DNA from: Candidatus Omnitrophota bacterium
Lineage (GTDB): Bacteria; Omnitrophota; Omnitrophia; Omnitrophales; Aquincolibacteriaceae
DNA: 64,000 nucleotides
NCBI GenBank assembly: GCA_035352955.1
Contig: DAOPYQ010000005.1
Location: 45,231-109,230 of the forward strand
Direction: 5' to 3'
Below, in pieces: positions 29,395-38,326 of the stretch (its first letter is position 1; each line of letters opens with the position of its first letter). The notes beneath the pieces were generated by a model, which had not been told where the DNA came from, searched no databases, and saw only the letters and a program-made list of their open reading frames with translations. Position numbers and translations under genes: made by a program.

Positions 29395-29925
29395 CTACTT
29401 CAACTTCGGTATGAAAAACGGGGTTTCTTTTTTGTACTGGCGATAGGCATCGCCGAAACGCGCTTCAAGCTCTTTTTCTTCGATCAGTTTGATCTCCGCA
29501 ACCAGGAGCGCCAACAGAACAAGCGCCCCAAGACAGGCCCCGGCTTGGTTGAAACGAACCGCCCATCCCGCCAGATACAGAAAGAATCCGAGCATCATGG
29601 GATGCCGGCAATACCGGTACGGGCCGGATTGAAGAAATTTCTTCGTCGGAACGGCAGGCACCGGTGTTCCCTGGCCTTTCCATAACTGCCATACAACGGC
29701 CCAGACCAGCCACGGGACGCCAAGCACAAACAAAGCCATGCTGATAACATTTATCGCAGCATCTGAAAAAACCGCGCCCGGGAATAGCCCTCCGATGAAC
29801 CCCACCAAAAAAGGCCACCCCGCGAGAAACAGCGCAGCCCCAAGGATCGTCGCGACCGTGCGATATTTTGCCGAATATTCCTTACCCGCTCGCTCCACCA
29901 AGTAACGAACCAGTTTATCGAACAT
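29395..29925 (-). CDS. Isoprenylcysteine carboxyl methyltransferase (ICMT/PEMT)-family membrane methyltransferase
   Basis: 4-5 TM segments and the family motif SGPYRYCRHPMMLG. The ATG at 29925 has a GGAGGG RBS. Confidence 0.65.
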   Translation of the reverse strand: MFDKLVRYLVERAGKEYSAKYRTVATILGAALFLAGWPFLVGFIGGLFPGAVFSDAAINVISMALFVLGVPWLVWAVVWQLWKGQGTPVPAVPTKKFLQSGPYRYCRHPMMLGFFLYLAGWAVRFNQAGACLGALVLLALLVAEIKLIEEKELEARFGDAYRQYKKETPFFIPKLK

Positions 29926-29967
29926 GCTAGCCCTCCACGCCGACAACTCCTGCGGTTAGAATACAAA

Positions 29968-30588
29968 TTACGGCAATGCGTTCAGATACTCCCGTAGCTT
30001 GCGGCGGATCAAATTAAACTTACCCGTTTCGATCCAGTCCTTACGGAACACGCTGGAACCAACGGCAATGGCACTCGCCCCGCTCCTGAAATAATCTTGC
30101 ATGTTCTTTGGCGTCACACCGTTGCATGCCAGAAGCTCGATCTGCGAAAATGGACCTTTGATATCCTTGAAATAATCCGGCCCGAAACAGCTTGCGGGAA
30201 AAACTTTGACCATAGTGGCACCGGCCTTCCAGGCCTCATAAATATCCTGCGGCGCCAACGCTCCCGGAAAAACAGGGATCCGGTTCTTTTTGCAGTATTG
30301 GATGACGGGTTTGACCACAACAGGACTAACGATGAATGTCGCCCCGGCCTCCAGGGCAACTTTGAGGTCTTTCAGGTCCAGCACCGTGCCGGCACCGATC
30401 ATGAGCTTCTTTCCGTAACCTCGAACGGCTTTTTGAATCAGCTCCGGCGCATTCGTCGAGTTCATGGCGAACTCAACGGTCTCGAGACCACTCGCAACAA
30501 TGGCCTCGAGCAAAGGCTTCAGGGCACTGCTGGAAATGCCGCGCAGGATGCCGAGAACGGGTTTTATGCGGAACCTTGCAAGGTCCAT
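29968..30588 (-). CDS. eda: KDPG/KHG aldolase (2-dehydro-3-deoxyphosphogluconate / 4-hydroxy-2-oxoglutarate aldolase)
   Basis: VLGILRG...GAGTVLD...FIVSP...FPGALAPQDIYEAWKAGA...VKVFPA, an Eda-like TIM barrel. Confidence 0.8.
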   Translation of the reverse strand: MDLARFRIKPVLGILRGISSSALKPLLEAIVASGLETVEFAMNSTNAPELIQKAVRGYGKKLMIGAGTVLDLKDLKVALEAGATFIVSPVVVKPVIQYCKKNRIPVFPGALAPQDIYEAWKAGATMVKVFPASCFGPDYFKDIKGPFSQIELLACNGVTPKNMQDYFRSGASAIAVGSSVFRKDWIETGKFNLIRRKLREYLNALP

Positions 30589-31542
30589 TTATTCGGCCGT
30601 TTCGCTCCCAGCCAGACTGTCCCAGAACTCGCGATAATTCTCCTTTTTGTCACTGTTGCGCAGCTCCAAGGCCGAACGCGGATGCTCATCCAAAATGCCC
30701 GTGATCGCGTACGGGATCACATACCCCCATTCGATCTTTTCGCGCAAAGGAATGAACTCCTTCGAAATCAGGTCGAGGATCGGGCGAATGTCGTACTTGG
30801 GGTTCTTCAGAAATCCGAGCAAAAGCTCCGTCGGACAATTTCCCGCCGCGCGACCGAGGCCATAGACGGTGGAATCGAGATAATTCACGTTATGGATAAT
30901 CGCCTCGATCGTATTGCCGAAAGCAAGCTGCTGATTATTATGTGCGTGGATGCCAATCTCCTTGGTTTTGATAATGCTTTTCGCCTTCTTGACAAGGTAC
31001 TCGGTGGTCTCCTGATAAAGCGAGCCATTCGAGTCGACGAGATACACAACGTTACAGCGGCACTCCTTTTCAAGTTGGGCGAAACATTCGAGCAACTCCA
31101 CTTCGAGGATCTTGGAGATCGCCATCAGGTTCACCGTGGTCTCGTAACCCTTGTCGGCAAAATGATTGGCCATATAGATCGCTTTGTCGACGTCCTTGAC
31201 GTAACACGCCGTGCGGATCATGTCGACGGGACTTTCTTTTTTGGGTTTGATATCGTTCAGGTCGACGCGATCAACGTCTACCATCACAGACAGCTTGGTC
31301 TTCGTCTTGACGTCTCCGACAACCCTTCGGATGTCCTCATCATCGCAAAACTTCCAGACGCCGTACTTATCGCCTGGGAAAAGCCTGCGGGAATTCTTAT
31401 AGCCGATCTCCATATAATCGATCCCAGCGTCAGAGATCGCTTTAAAAACGGCGCGAACGAAGTTTTCGTCGAAATCGTGGTTGTTCATCAGCCCGCCATC
31501 GCGGATAGTGCAATCCAGTACTTTGATCTGCTCTCGAAACAT
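30589..31542 (-). CDS. DRE-TIM metallolyase family aldolase (HMGL-like / 4-hydroxy-2-oxovalerate aldolase-like)
   Basis: KVLDCTIRDGG motif and IGIHAHNNQQLAFGN. The ATG at 31542 is preceded by AAAGGAGA. The substrate is unknown. Confidence 0.6.
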   Translation of the reverse strand: MFREQIKVLDCTIRDGGLMNNHDFDENFVRAVFKAISDAGIDYMEIGYKNSRRLFPGDKYGVWKFCDDEDIRRVVGDVKTKTKLSVMVDVDRVDLNDIKPKKESPVDMIRTACYVKDVDKAIYMANHFADKGYETTVNLMAISKILEVELLECFAQLEKECRCNVVYLVDSNGSLYQETTEYLVKKAKSIIKTKEIGIHAHNNQQLAFGNTIEAIIHNVNYLDSTVYGLGRAAGNCPTELLLGFLKNPKYDIRPILDLISKEFIPLREKIEWGYVIPYAITGILDEHPRSALELRNSDKKENYREFWDSLAGSETAE

Positions 31543-31706
31543 GATTTCTCCTTTAGGATAAAGCCCTAATATATTCAGGGGGAAAAGCGCCAAGATTCTA
31601 GGGCAATCGGCCCGAAATTCAAAACTAAAAATATCCCCCCAAGACAACCGCACGGGCCACGCCCGCGATGGACTTGGGTACGAGCTTTTGTTATGATGCC
31701 CTCCCT

Positions 31707-32855
31707 ATGGAACTTCTTCTGACAGCGTTTCTTGTATGGATCCTTGGCGTTTGGATCTACCGGAGCATCCGCTCCCTTTCCGAACTGGCCCAAGCCCCCA
31801 TCCTCAGAATCTCCTCCACAAATGTTCGCCGCGGCAAAGTTTCGATCCTGATCCCGGCGAAAAATGAGGAGAAAAATATTGCAGATTGCGTACAACCCCT
31901 GCTTGCGCAATTGCACGCAGGCGACGAACTGCTCGTGATCAATAACTGCTCGGCGGACCGGACCGAAACGATCCTTAAAGAACTCGGCGCGGTCGAAATT
32001 TCCGCCGCAGGGACCCCGCCGCAACTCAAAACGGCGCCATCCTTCCGCTATCTTAATACGCCCCAAACCCCGAACGGATGGACCGGAAAGAATTTTGCGC
32101 TACATCTCGGTATCGACCATGCCTCATGCGATTGGATTCTATTCACCGATGCCGACACGCGCCACGCGCCGGGAAGCATCGATGCCTCCGTGGCGTTCGC
32201 AGAGAAAAACAAAGTCGATCTCTTGACCCTCCTTCCCCGAGCGCTGGCCCACGGTTTCTGGGAAAACCTGATTCAGCCCTGCGCGATGGGTTACATGGGT
32301 CTCTGGTTTCCCGTCGCAAAGATCAACGACCCCGCTTCCAAAGTTCATTTCGGGAATGGCCAGTACCTTCTCATCCGTAAAGAGCACTACCAAAAACTCG
32401 GCGGGCATGCCGCAGTCCGGGAAGCGTTCCTCGAGGATTTTGCACTGATGAAAAAAACGAAGGAGATGAACGCCCGCGGCATCTGCGCGTTCGGTATGGA
32501 GATCTACGGGACCCGGATGTACGATTCGTTCGGTGCCCTCTGGCGAGGCTGGCGGAGGATCTATCTTCACGCCTTTGAGCAAGCTCCCTGGCGAATCCTG
32601 AAATGTGTCCTGAGCGTCTTCTTCTTTTCGGTTCTGCCGCTCTTGCTTCTAGGAGCCGCACCGCACGGGATCGAAATCCTGCTCGGTCTTATCATTATGG
32701 CTATCATCCTGACAACCGCGATTAAAGCCGCCACGATCGTAAAAATAAGAAAACGTTACGCCCTGCTCCACCCTCTCGCCGCACTCGTCTTCCTTGGAAT
32801 CCTCGCCGACGCCCTCCACATGGCCCTTCTAAAACGGCCCACTCTTTGGCGATAA
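31707..32855 (+). CDS. Family-2 glycosyltransferase (CrtQ/HpnI/ApeJ-like membrane GT2)
   Basis: VSILIPAKNEE, LLVINNCSADRT, TDADT, and NGQYLLIRKEHY, plus C-terminal TM helices. The start could instead be the ATG at 31668. Confidence 0.7.
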   Translation: MELLLTAFLVWILGVWIYRSIRSLSELAQAPILRISSTNVRRGKVSILIPAKNEEKNIADCVQPLLAQLHAGDELLVINNCSADRTETILKELGAVEISAAGTPPQLKTAPSFRYLNTPQTPNGWTGKNFALHLGIDHASCDWILFTDADTRHAPGSIDASVAFAEKNKVDLLTLLPRALAHGFWENLIQPCAMGYMGLWFPVAKINDPASKVHFGNGQYLLIRKEHYQKLGGHAAVREAFLEDFALMKKTKEMNARGICAFGMEIYGTRMYDSFGALWRGWRRIYLHAFEQAPWRILKCVLSVFFFSVLPLLLLGAAPHGIEILLGLIIMAIILTTAIKAATIVKIRKRYALLHPLAALVFLGILADALHMALLKRPTLWR

Positions 32856-32922
32856 ATTTTGGCGCGAAGCCCTACGATTGAGCTCGAGGAAAAACAGCTT
32901 TTTTCTTCCTGATACGGACTGA

Positions 32923-34017
32923 CTAAAGGACGAGATAGCCGGCTTTCACGGCATAGTGAACGATCGTCTTGAGGAAATCGTAGTCGGTTTTTGGCATCGG
33001 AATACCCGTCCCTTTGAGAATCTCGCAGGTATTCGTTGTATCAAAGGTCAGATGACCGTTCAAGTATCCCAGATACGGCTCCATGATCGCAAATACCATC
33101 TGCTCCTGCGCGTTCATCTTGGATTTCTGGAAATCCTTCGGATGCATCACCTCGACCGGCGGCATATTGGGGTATTCCTCTCTCGCGAGCCTCAAAAGCG
33201 TTCCGATCGAAGGCGGATTCGGCGCGACAAGGTGGTAAGCCTTGTTGATACTCCGAGGATCTTTCACGATCGCCGCGGTGGCCCGAATGACAAAATCGAT
33301 CGGCACAATATTGAACGTATTCTCAAGATGGGTCGGCAGTTTTGAAAGCGCCCCGTGGGCAAAAAGTTTAAAGAACGGATAAATCACGTTAAAATCCGAA
33401 ACCACGCCCGTCTCCGAATGCCCCACCACAATGCTCGGCCGGATGATCGTCGTCGGAAGACCCTTCGCCATCGCCTCACGGACCTTGGTCTCCGCCTTGT
33501 ATTTGCTGGACTCGTAATAATTCGCGAATCCCGGTTTGGCGGGAAGCTCATCCTCTTTGGAACAATGGTTCCAAATGCTCCCTGCTACGAATGCCGTACT
33601 GAAATAGATAAACCTCTCGAGTTTTCCCTTTTTTCGCAAATCCCAAGCCAGCTCAAGCGCGTGCTCGGTTCCGCCCACATTGATCTGTTGACATTCCTTT
33701 TCCGTACCGTTCAGAGCCGTAAGCGCGGCGATATGGTAGAAAACCTTGCACTCCTGCTCCAGGAACTGGAGGTCGTCTTTTTTGATACCGAACTTATGGT
33801 TCGTAACGTCCCCCTCGATCACGCGAAGACGCGCGTTCAGATGGGAATCCAAGCCGATCCCAGTCAAAAGTTTTCTCACGCGTTCGTCGTGGGTCTTCCG
33901 GTTCTTCCCGCGAGCAAGAATCGCGATATCCGCCTTGGTGGTCTCCAAAAGCTCCTTGATGAGGTCCTGCCCGAGAACACCGGTCGCCCCGGTCATGAAA
34001 ATAAGTTCTTTAGCCAT
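32923..34017 (-). CDS. Stand-alone thioester-reductase-type SDR (fatty acyl-ACP/CoA reductase-like, 'male sterility' NAD-binding domain)
   Basis: FMTGATGVLG Rossmann motif and YESSKYKAE catalytic YxxxK. It is the last gene of the KS/ACP operon. Confidence 0.65.
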   Translation of the reverse strand: MAKELIFMTGATGVLGQDLIKELLETTKADIAILARGKNRKTHDERVRKLLTGIGLDSHLNARLRVIEGDVTNHKFGIKKDDLQFLEQECKVFYHIAALTALNGTEKECQQINVGGTEHALELAWDLRKKGKLERFIYFSTAFVAGSIWNHCSKEDELPAKPGFANYYESSKYKAETKVREAMAKGLPTTIIRPSIVVGHSETGVVSDFNVIYPFFKLFAHGALSKLPTHLENTFNIVPIDFVIRATAAIVKDPRSINKAYHLVAPNPPSIGTLLRLAREEYPNMPPVEVMHPKDFQKSKMNAQEQMVFAIMEPYLGYLNGHLTFDTTNTCEILKGTGIPMPKTDYDFLKTIVHYAVKAGYLVL

Positions 34018-35305
34018 GATGCTTCCTTAATGCCAGACAGATGTTCTGGCCGCCAAACCCGAAAGAGTTCGAAAGCGCCACGTTCACATCCGAACGCCGC
34101 GCGGTATTGGGAACATAGTCCAGATCACATTCCGGATCCGGTTCCTCATAATTGATCGTAGGCGGCAGCACCGAATCGCGCATCGCCAGAAGACAGAGGA
34201 TCGCCTCCACCCCGCCCGCGGCCGCGATCATGTGCCCGAGCATGGATTTTGTGGAACTCGCCGGGATCTTCGCCGCGTACTCGCCCATCGCTTTTTTGAT
34301 CGCACGCGTTTCGAGCGCATCATTCACCGCCGTCGACGTTCCGTGCGCATTAATATAATCGATATTTTCCGGTCCGACACCCGTTTTTTCCATCGCGATC
34401 TCGATGGCCCGCGCGGCACCTCGAACTTCCGGATCCATATCGGTCAAACGGTAAGCATCGGCGGTAGAACCGTATCCCGCGATTTCGCCGTAAATATGCG
34501 CTTTGCGCCTGCGCGCGTGTTCAAGCTCTTCCAGGATCAAAACCCCGGAACCTTCGGCGATTACAAACCCGTCACGTTTTTTATCGAAGGGACGCGAAGC
34601 TTTTTCGGGTTCGTCGTTGCGCCGGGACAGTGCCGTCAAAAGGCTGAACCCCGCAACACCCATCGGGTAAATCATCGAATGGGAACCGCCGGCCATGATT
34701 ACATCAGCATCCCCGCGGCGGATCCATTCAAACGCCTCCCCGATTGCCTGGGACGATGCCGCGCAAGCGGTTAAACAATTCGACACCGGCCCGCGGATAT
34801 CAAAAAGCCTCGTCAGATGCGTCACCGTCATGAACGGCTGGCTCTCAAGTTCCTTCAACGCGGTCATGTTCCGGCTCGCGTGATCGAGATAACGGCCCTT
34901 GTCCACAAGTTCCCCGGCACCGGAGTTGAACGAGGCGACGATCGTTTTTACGAAGGGATCGAAATCAATACCGCTGTCGCCAGCGCCGAAATAAATACCA
35001 AAGCGGCGAGAATCCACGGAGAACGGCCGGAGACCCGCATCCTTATAGGCCTCGGCTGCAGCCTGCAACGCAAAAAACGTACTCCGGGTCGCGCACGCAA
35101 GCGGAGGATTACGCTCCAACCATTTCTCGAACGGGAATCCTTTCACCTCACCCGCGATCCGGGTCGCAAACGTCGAAGCATCAAAAAGCGTGATGGGACC
35201 AACCCCGGACTTCCCCTGCGTGACGCGCAACCAAGTGTCCCGTACATTGTTGCCGAGCGGCGTTACGGCACCCATTCCTGTGACGACAATCTTTCGTTTA
35301 GACAT
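34010..35305 (-). CDS. Beta-ketoacyl-ACP synthase II-type ketosynthase (catalytic Cys-His-His intact)
   Basis: IVVTGMGAVTPLGN, active-site TACAASS, and NAHGTST / GHMIAAAG histidines. The ATG at 35305 is 8 nt from the CLF stop. Confidence 0.85.
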   Translation of the reverse strand: MSKRKIVVTGMGAVTPLGNNVRDTWLRVTQGKSGVGPITLFDASTFATRIAGEVKGFPFEKWLERNPPLACATRSTFFALQAAAEAYKDAGLRPFSVDSRRFGIYFGAGDSGIDFDPFVKTIVASFNSGAGELVDKGRYLDHASRNMTALKELESQPFMTVTHLTRLFDIRGPVSNCLTACAASSQAIGEAFEWIRRGDADVIMAGGSHSMIYPMGVAGFSLLTALSRRNDEPEKASRPFDKKRDGFVIAEGSGVLILEELEHARRRKAHIYGEIAGYGSTADAYRLTDMDPEVRGAARAIEIAMEKTGVGPENIDYINAHGTSTAVNDALETRAIKKAMGEYAAKIPASSTKSMLGHMIAAAGGVEAILCLLAMRDSVLPPTINYEEPDPECDLDYVPNTARRSDVNVALSNSFGFGGQNICLALRKHHG

Positions 35306-36584
35306 GTTTGAACACCAGGGATGCGTTCTGTCCGCCAAAACCGAACGTGTTGAGAACGACAGAATTGACCTGACAGGACTCCGCTTTTCCGCGCACGAAA
35401 GGCAACGAGCACAAAGGATCCTGTTTTTCAAGATTTGCAACGGGCGGAACGATCTGCTGTTTCGCGATCAGAGCCGCGATCACCGCCTCCACGCCTCCCG
35501 AACCATAAAGAAGGTTTCCCGTCACCGGTTTTACGGCGGTCACGCGCAACTTTCCGAAATCTTTGGGGTAGAGAGAATGAATGGCCAACGCCTCCTGAAC
35601 ATCCTCCTGCGGGATACCGCTCCCGTTCGCGACAAGAACGTCTACATCCTCCGGATCGAGCGCCGCGTCTTCGAGCGCACGCCGAAGCGCGACACGCTTG
35701 CCCGTAAAATCGTCGGAATCCCGCGGATCGTAATTATGATCTGAGGCAGAACCGTACCCGCTGATCTCGGCATAAATGTTCACGCCGCGCTTCTTGGCAT
35801 GCTCGTAAGATTCAAGAACGAGGATACCCGCGCCTTCGCCGATCACGATCCCATCGTGGTTTTCGTCGAACGGGCAGTAAACCTTTTCCGGAGCCGCGGT
35901 TCGTTTTGAAAGAAACCCGAGCAAATGAAGGCGCGAGATCCCCATCGCATTAACCTTCGAGTCGGTGCCGCCGGCGAGCATGATGTCCGCGTCCCCGCGT
36001 TCGATCACGCGGTAGGACTCCCCGATCGCCTGCGTGCTGGCCGCCGTCGAGGTCGTGATGGTGTTGCTGGGACCCCGGAGCTGGTTCAGAATAGAAACAT
36101 GGCAAGCCGGCATGTTCGGCAGGTATTTGAGGAACCAAAGCGGAAAAAGCGCGCGGATACCGTCCTGACCGAACTTTGTCATGGAAAAATGCCCGTTCGC
36201 GTCGACGCCGTTTTGGAACCCGACCCCCATTTCGTCGAGGTCGTTGTTGATAATGCCGGTGCCGAGCGTGACCCCGATGCGCGTCGGGTCACATTCCGCG
36301 GCAGAAAGTTTTGCGTCCCGGAGCGCGAGACGGCTCGCCGCAACCGCAAACGAAATCTCCCGTGACATCAGTTTGAGGGACTTTCGGTTCTCGACGTAAT
36401 CTTTCGGTTCAAATTCCGTGACACGTCCCACACCGTTCAGCGGAAACCCTCCAAGGTTCAACGCTTCGGCACTGCGAACGGCGGAGCGCGCGTGTACCGC
36501 GGCATCCCAGTAAGACTCCCAACCGTTGCCGCAGGGCGTGATCACGCCAAACCCCGTCACAACAACGCGCCGTCGCGTGCTCAT
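35298..36584 (-). CDS. Ketosynthase-like chain-length-factor partner (KS-beta); catalytic Cys to Thr and both His to Asn
   Basis: KS fold (VVVTGFGVITPCGN), but the active site is TSTAAST instead of TACAASS, and ANGSG / TGNLLYG replace NAHGT / LGHMI. Confidence 0.8.
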   Translation of the reverse strand: MSTRRRVVVTGFGVITPCGNGWESYWDAAVHARSAVRSAEALNLGGFPLNGVGRVTEFEPKDYVENRKSLKLMSREISFAVAASRLALRDAKLSAAECDPTRIGVTLGTGIINNDLDEMGVGFQNGVDANGHFSMTKFGQDGIRALFPLWFLKYLPNMPACHVSILNQLRGPSNTITTSTAASTQAIGESYRVIERGDADIMLAGGTDSKVNAMGISRLHLLGFLSKRTAAPEKVYCPFDENHDGIVIGEGAGILVLESYEHAKKRGVNIYAEISGYGSASDHNYDPRDSDDFTGKRVALRRALEDAALDPEDVDVLVANGSGIPQEDVQEALAIHSLYPKDFGKLRVTAVKPVTGNLLYGSGGVEAVIAALIAKQQIVPPVANLEKQDPLCSLPFVRGKAESCQVNSVVLNTFGFGGQNASLVFKHV

Positions 36585-37075
36585 TGTGAGAGACCGCTTT
36601 GGAATGAGTTTTCGTTCGCCCCCTGCGGTCCACTCTGCGTGACAGGCTGGCTGATCTTCGCGCGAACATTGAAATGTTTCATAAAAGCATCATGGAACGT
36701 GATCGATTTTGTTTGATCCGGCGAAAGGCCCGCCACCGCCATCAGAAGAAGTTTCGCCTTAGCAACCACTTCCCCCGCGGAAGTAATCGTCGCCTCAAGC
36801 CATCCGCCGTCGGTCCCGAGAGCTTCGGACCACGCCTCGATCCGGATCGGCGTTCCCGGAACGGGAACACCCGCGATTGTCGCGCTCTCGATCTTGGCAA
36901 AAATCAGATCTTTCCGGTAATCGCTTTCAGCACCGACGAGAAGCCCGCCGGTCTGCGCCATCATTTCGATAAAAAGAACTTCGCTGGAATACGGGGCTTG
37001 GGGAACTTTGGAGGTTGTGACGGCCCTCCGGCCTTTCAGAATGGAATCGACTTTGTCGAGAAGAAGCCAGCGCAT
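36581..37075 (-). CDS. Hotdog-fold 3-hydroxyacyl-ACP dehydratase (ApeI/FabA-Z-like)
   Basis: Size, operon position and ATGA coupling to neighbours. The sequence is weakly FabZ-like. Confidence 0.55.
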   Translation of the reverse strand: MRWLLLDKVDSILKGRRAVTTSKVPQAPYSSEVLFIEMMAQTGGLLVGAESDYRKDLIFAKIESATIAGVPVPGTPIRIEAWSEALGTDGGWLEATITSAGEVVAKAKLLLMAVAGLSPDQTKSITFHDAFMKHFNVRAKISQPVTQSGPQGANENSFQSGLSQ

Positions 37076-37076
37076 G

Positions 37077-37463
37077 TTATGTCCAGATCATCGCCTGGGC
37101 GCCCACAAGATCGCCGGAACGAAAAAAATGCCCCTCGCCCCGATACACGGTCTTCTGGTTCCGGGTGGATCGCCACTCCATTTCAAAATGATCGCCTGAC
37201 CGGCGCTTGATCCGCATACCCTGGAACCCTTCGAGCCCCATCCATGCCTCGCCGCAAGCTTTAAAAAATGCTTCCTTGGCAGTAAAAAGTTCGGCGAAAT
37301 CCCGGAGGGACAACCGCCGGAACGCGCGGCGTTCGGAGACATTCAGAAAACGCTCGCGGACATACTCTTTGTGGCGAGAAAGAAATTGTTTGACCCGGGA
37401 GCAAGAAACGAGGTCGACGCCGATGCCCCGCAGCGAGGCCGGCTTATTTTTTACGAGCAGCAT
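37077..37463 (-). CDS. acpS: Holo-ACP synthase (4'-phosphopantetheinyl transferase, AcpS family)
   Basis: GIGVDLV...FTAKEAFFKA motifs; 128 aa. Confidence 0.75.
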   Translation of the reverse strand: MLLVKNKPASLRGIGVDLVSCSRVKQFLSRHKEYVRERFLNVSERRAFRRLSLRDFAELFTAKEAFFKACGEAWMGLEGFQGMRIKRRSGDHFEMEWRSTRNQKTVYRGEGHFFRSGDLVGAQAMIWT

Positions 37464-37861
37464 TTATCCGAACAAGAACTCTTTTTATCCAAACGGTCGT
37501 TGAGATAGCGGAGGATCATCTTCACCGTAAAGTAGTCCGCCAACTTCGTGATCTGGGGATCCTTGGTGAACTCGTCGAGTTCGAGGTACGGAAGTTTGGC
37601 ACGGAGCTCCGCGAGACCTTCCGGCGTGACCATGCCCTCTTTCACGAACCGTTCATCATTCAGAAGATGACTCGGAAAAAGGTCCCCGGCGGGGATCTTG
37701 AGATCGAAGGTCTTTTCCAGGCGGAAAATCACATCGATGAAATCGATCGACTCGGCACCAAGGTCGCGCTTCAGGGAAGCTTCCGGGGTGATATCGCTTT
37801 CCTCCACACCGAGGGCGGAAGCAAGGGTCTGCTGAACTTTCGAAAAAATTTCTTTTTCCAT
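37451..37861 (-). CDS. Acyl carrier protein, long form (136 aa) with a Cys-rich C-terminal tail
   Basis: Phosphopantetheine attachment motif LKRDLGAESIDFIDV, and a C-terminus ...DKKSSCSDKCCS. Confidence 0.75.
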   Translation of the reverse strand: MEKEIFSKVQQTLASALGVEESDITPEASLKRDLGAESIDFIDVIFRLEKTFDLKIPAGDLFPSHLLNDERFVKEGMVTPEGLAELRAKLPYLELDEFTKDPQITKLADYFTVKMILRYLNDRLDKKSSCSDKCCS

Positions 37862-37892
37862 GATGACTTTAATCTCCTTTTTCCTACTATCG

Positions 37893-38306
37893 CTATGACG
37901 CTGCTATTGATGTCTGAGGATTCTTTACTTTCGCCACGGTCAGCTTGGCGGACACGGCCACTTCGCCATGATAATACAATTTCGCGTCCCAGGTCGTTTC
38001 GTCCTCCCCCGTCCCGAGAAGCGTCAAACGGCTCTCCCATTCGTCGCCGGGTCGGAGGTACTTGGTGAACCTTGTCGCGCGGATCTGTTTCAAAAAATAA
38101 TGACTTCCGGTATTGTTTTTGACCGACTCAAGATACCGTTCCGCGGTCTGCTTGAGCATTTCAAGTGCAAGAACTCCGGGCAGAACCGGAAAATCCGGAA
38201 AATGATCCTTAAAGAACTCCGAATCCTCGGGGATACGGCCGCACGCCGCGATCCCTTCCCCTTCTCTTACCCAAAGTACCCGTTCGATCGAAAGCACCGA
38301 TATCAC
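37893..38306 (-). CDS. FabZ-like 3-hydroxyacyl-ACP dehydratase
   Basis: HFPDFPVLPGVL, the FabZ active-site motif. GTG start. Confidence 0.75.
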   Translation of the reverse strand: MISVLSIERVLWVREGEGIAACGRIPEDSEFFKDHFPDFPVLPGVLALEMLKQTAERYLESVKNNTGSHYFLKQIRATRFTKYLRPGDEWESRLTLLGTGEDETTWDAKLYYHGEVAVSAKLTVAKVKNPQTSIAAS

Positions 38307-38326
38307 CTTTTCTCTATGCGACTCCT

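Noticed and set aside
30097-31569. 490-aa + strand ORF spanning eda and the DRE-TIM aldolase in antisense
   Set aside because: No motifs. It crosses two clearly real minus-strand genes.
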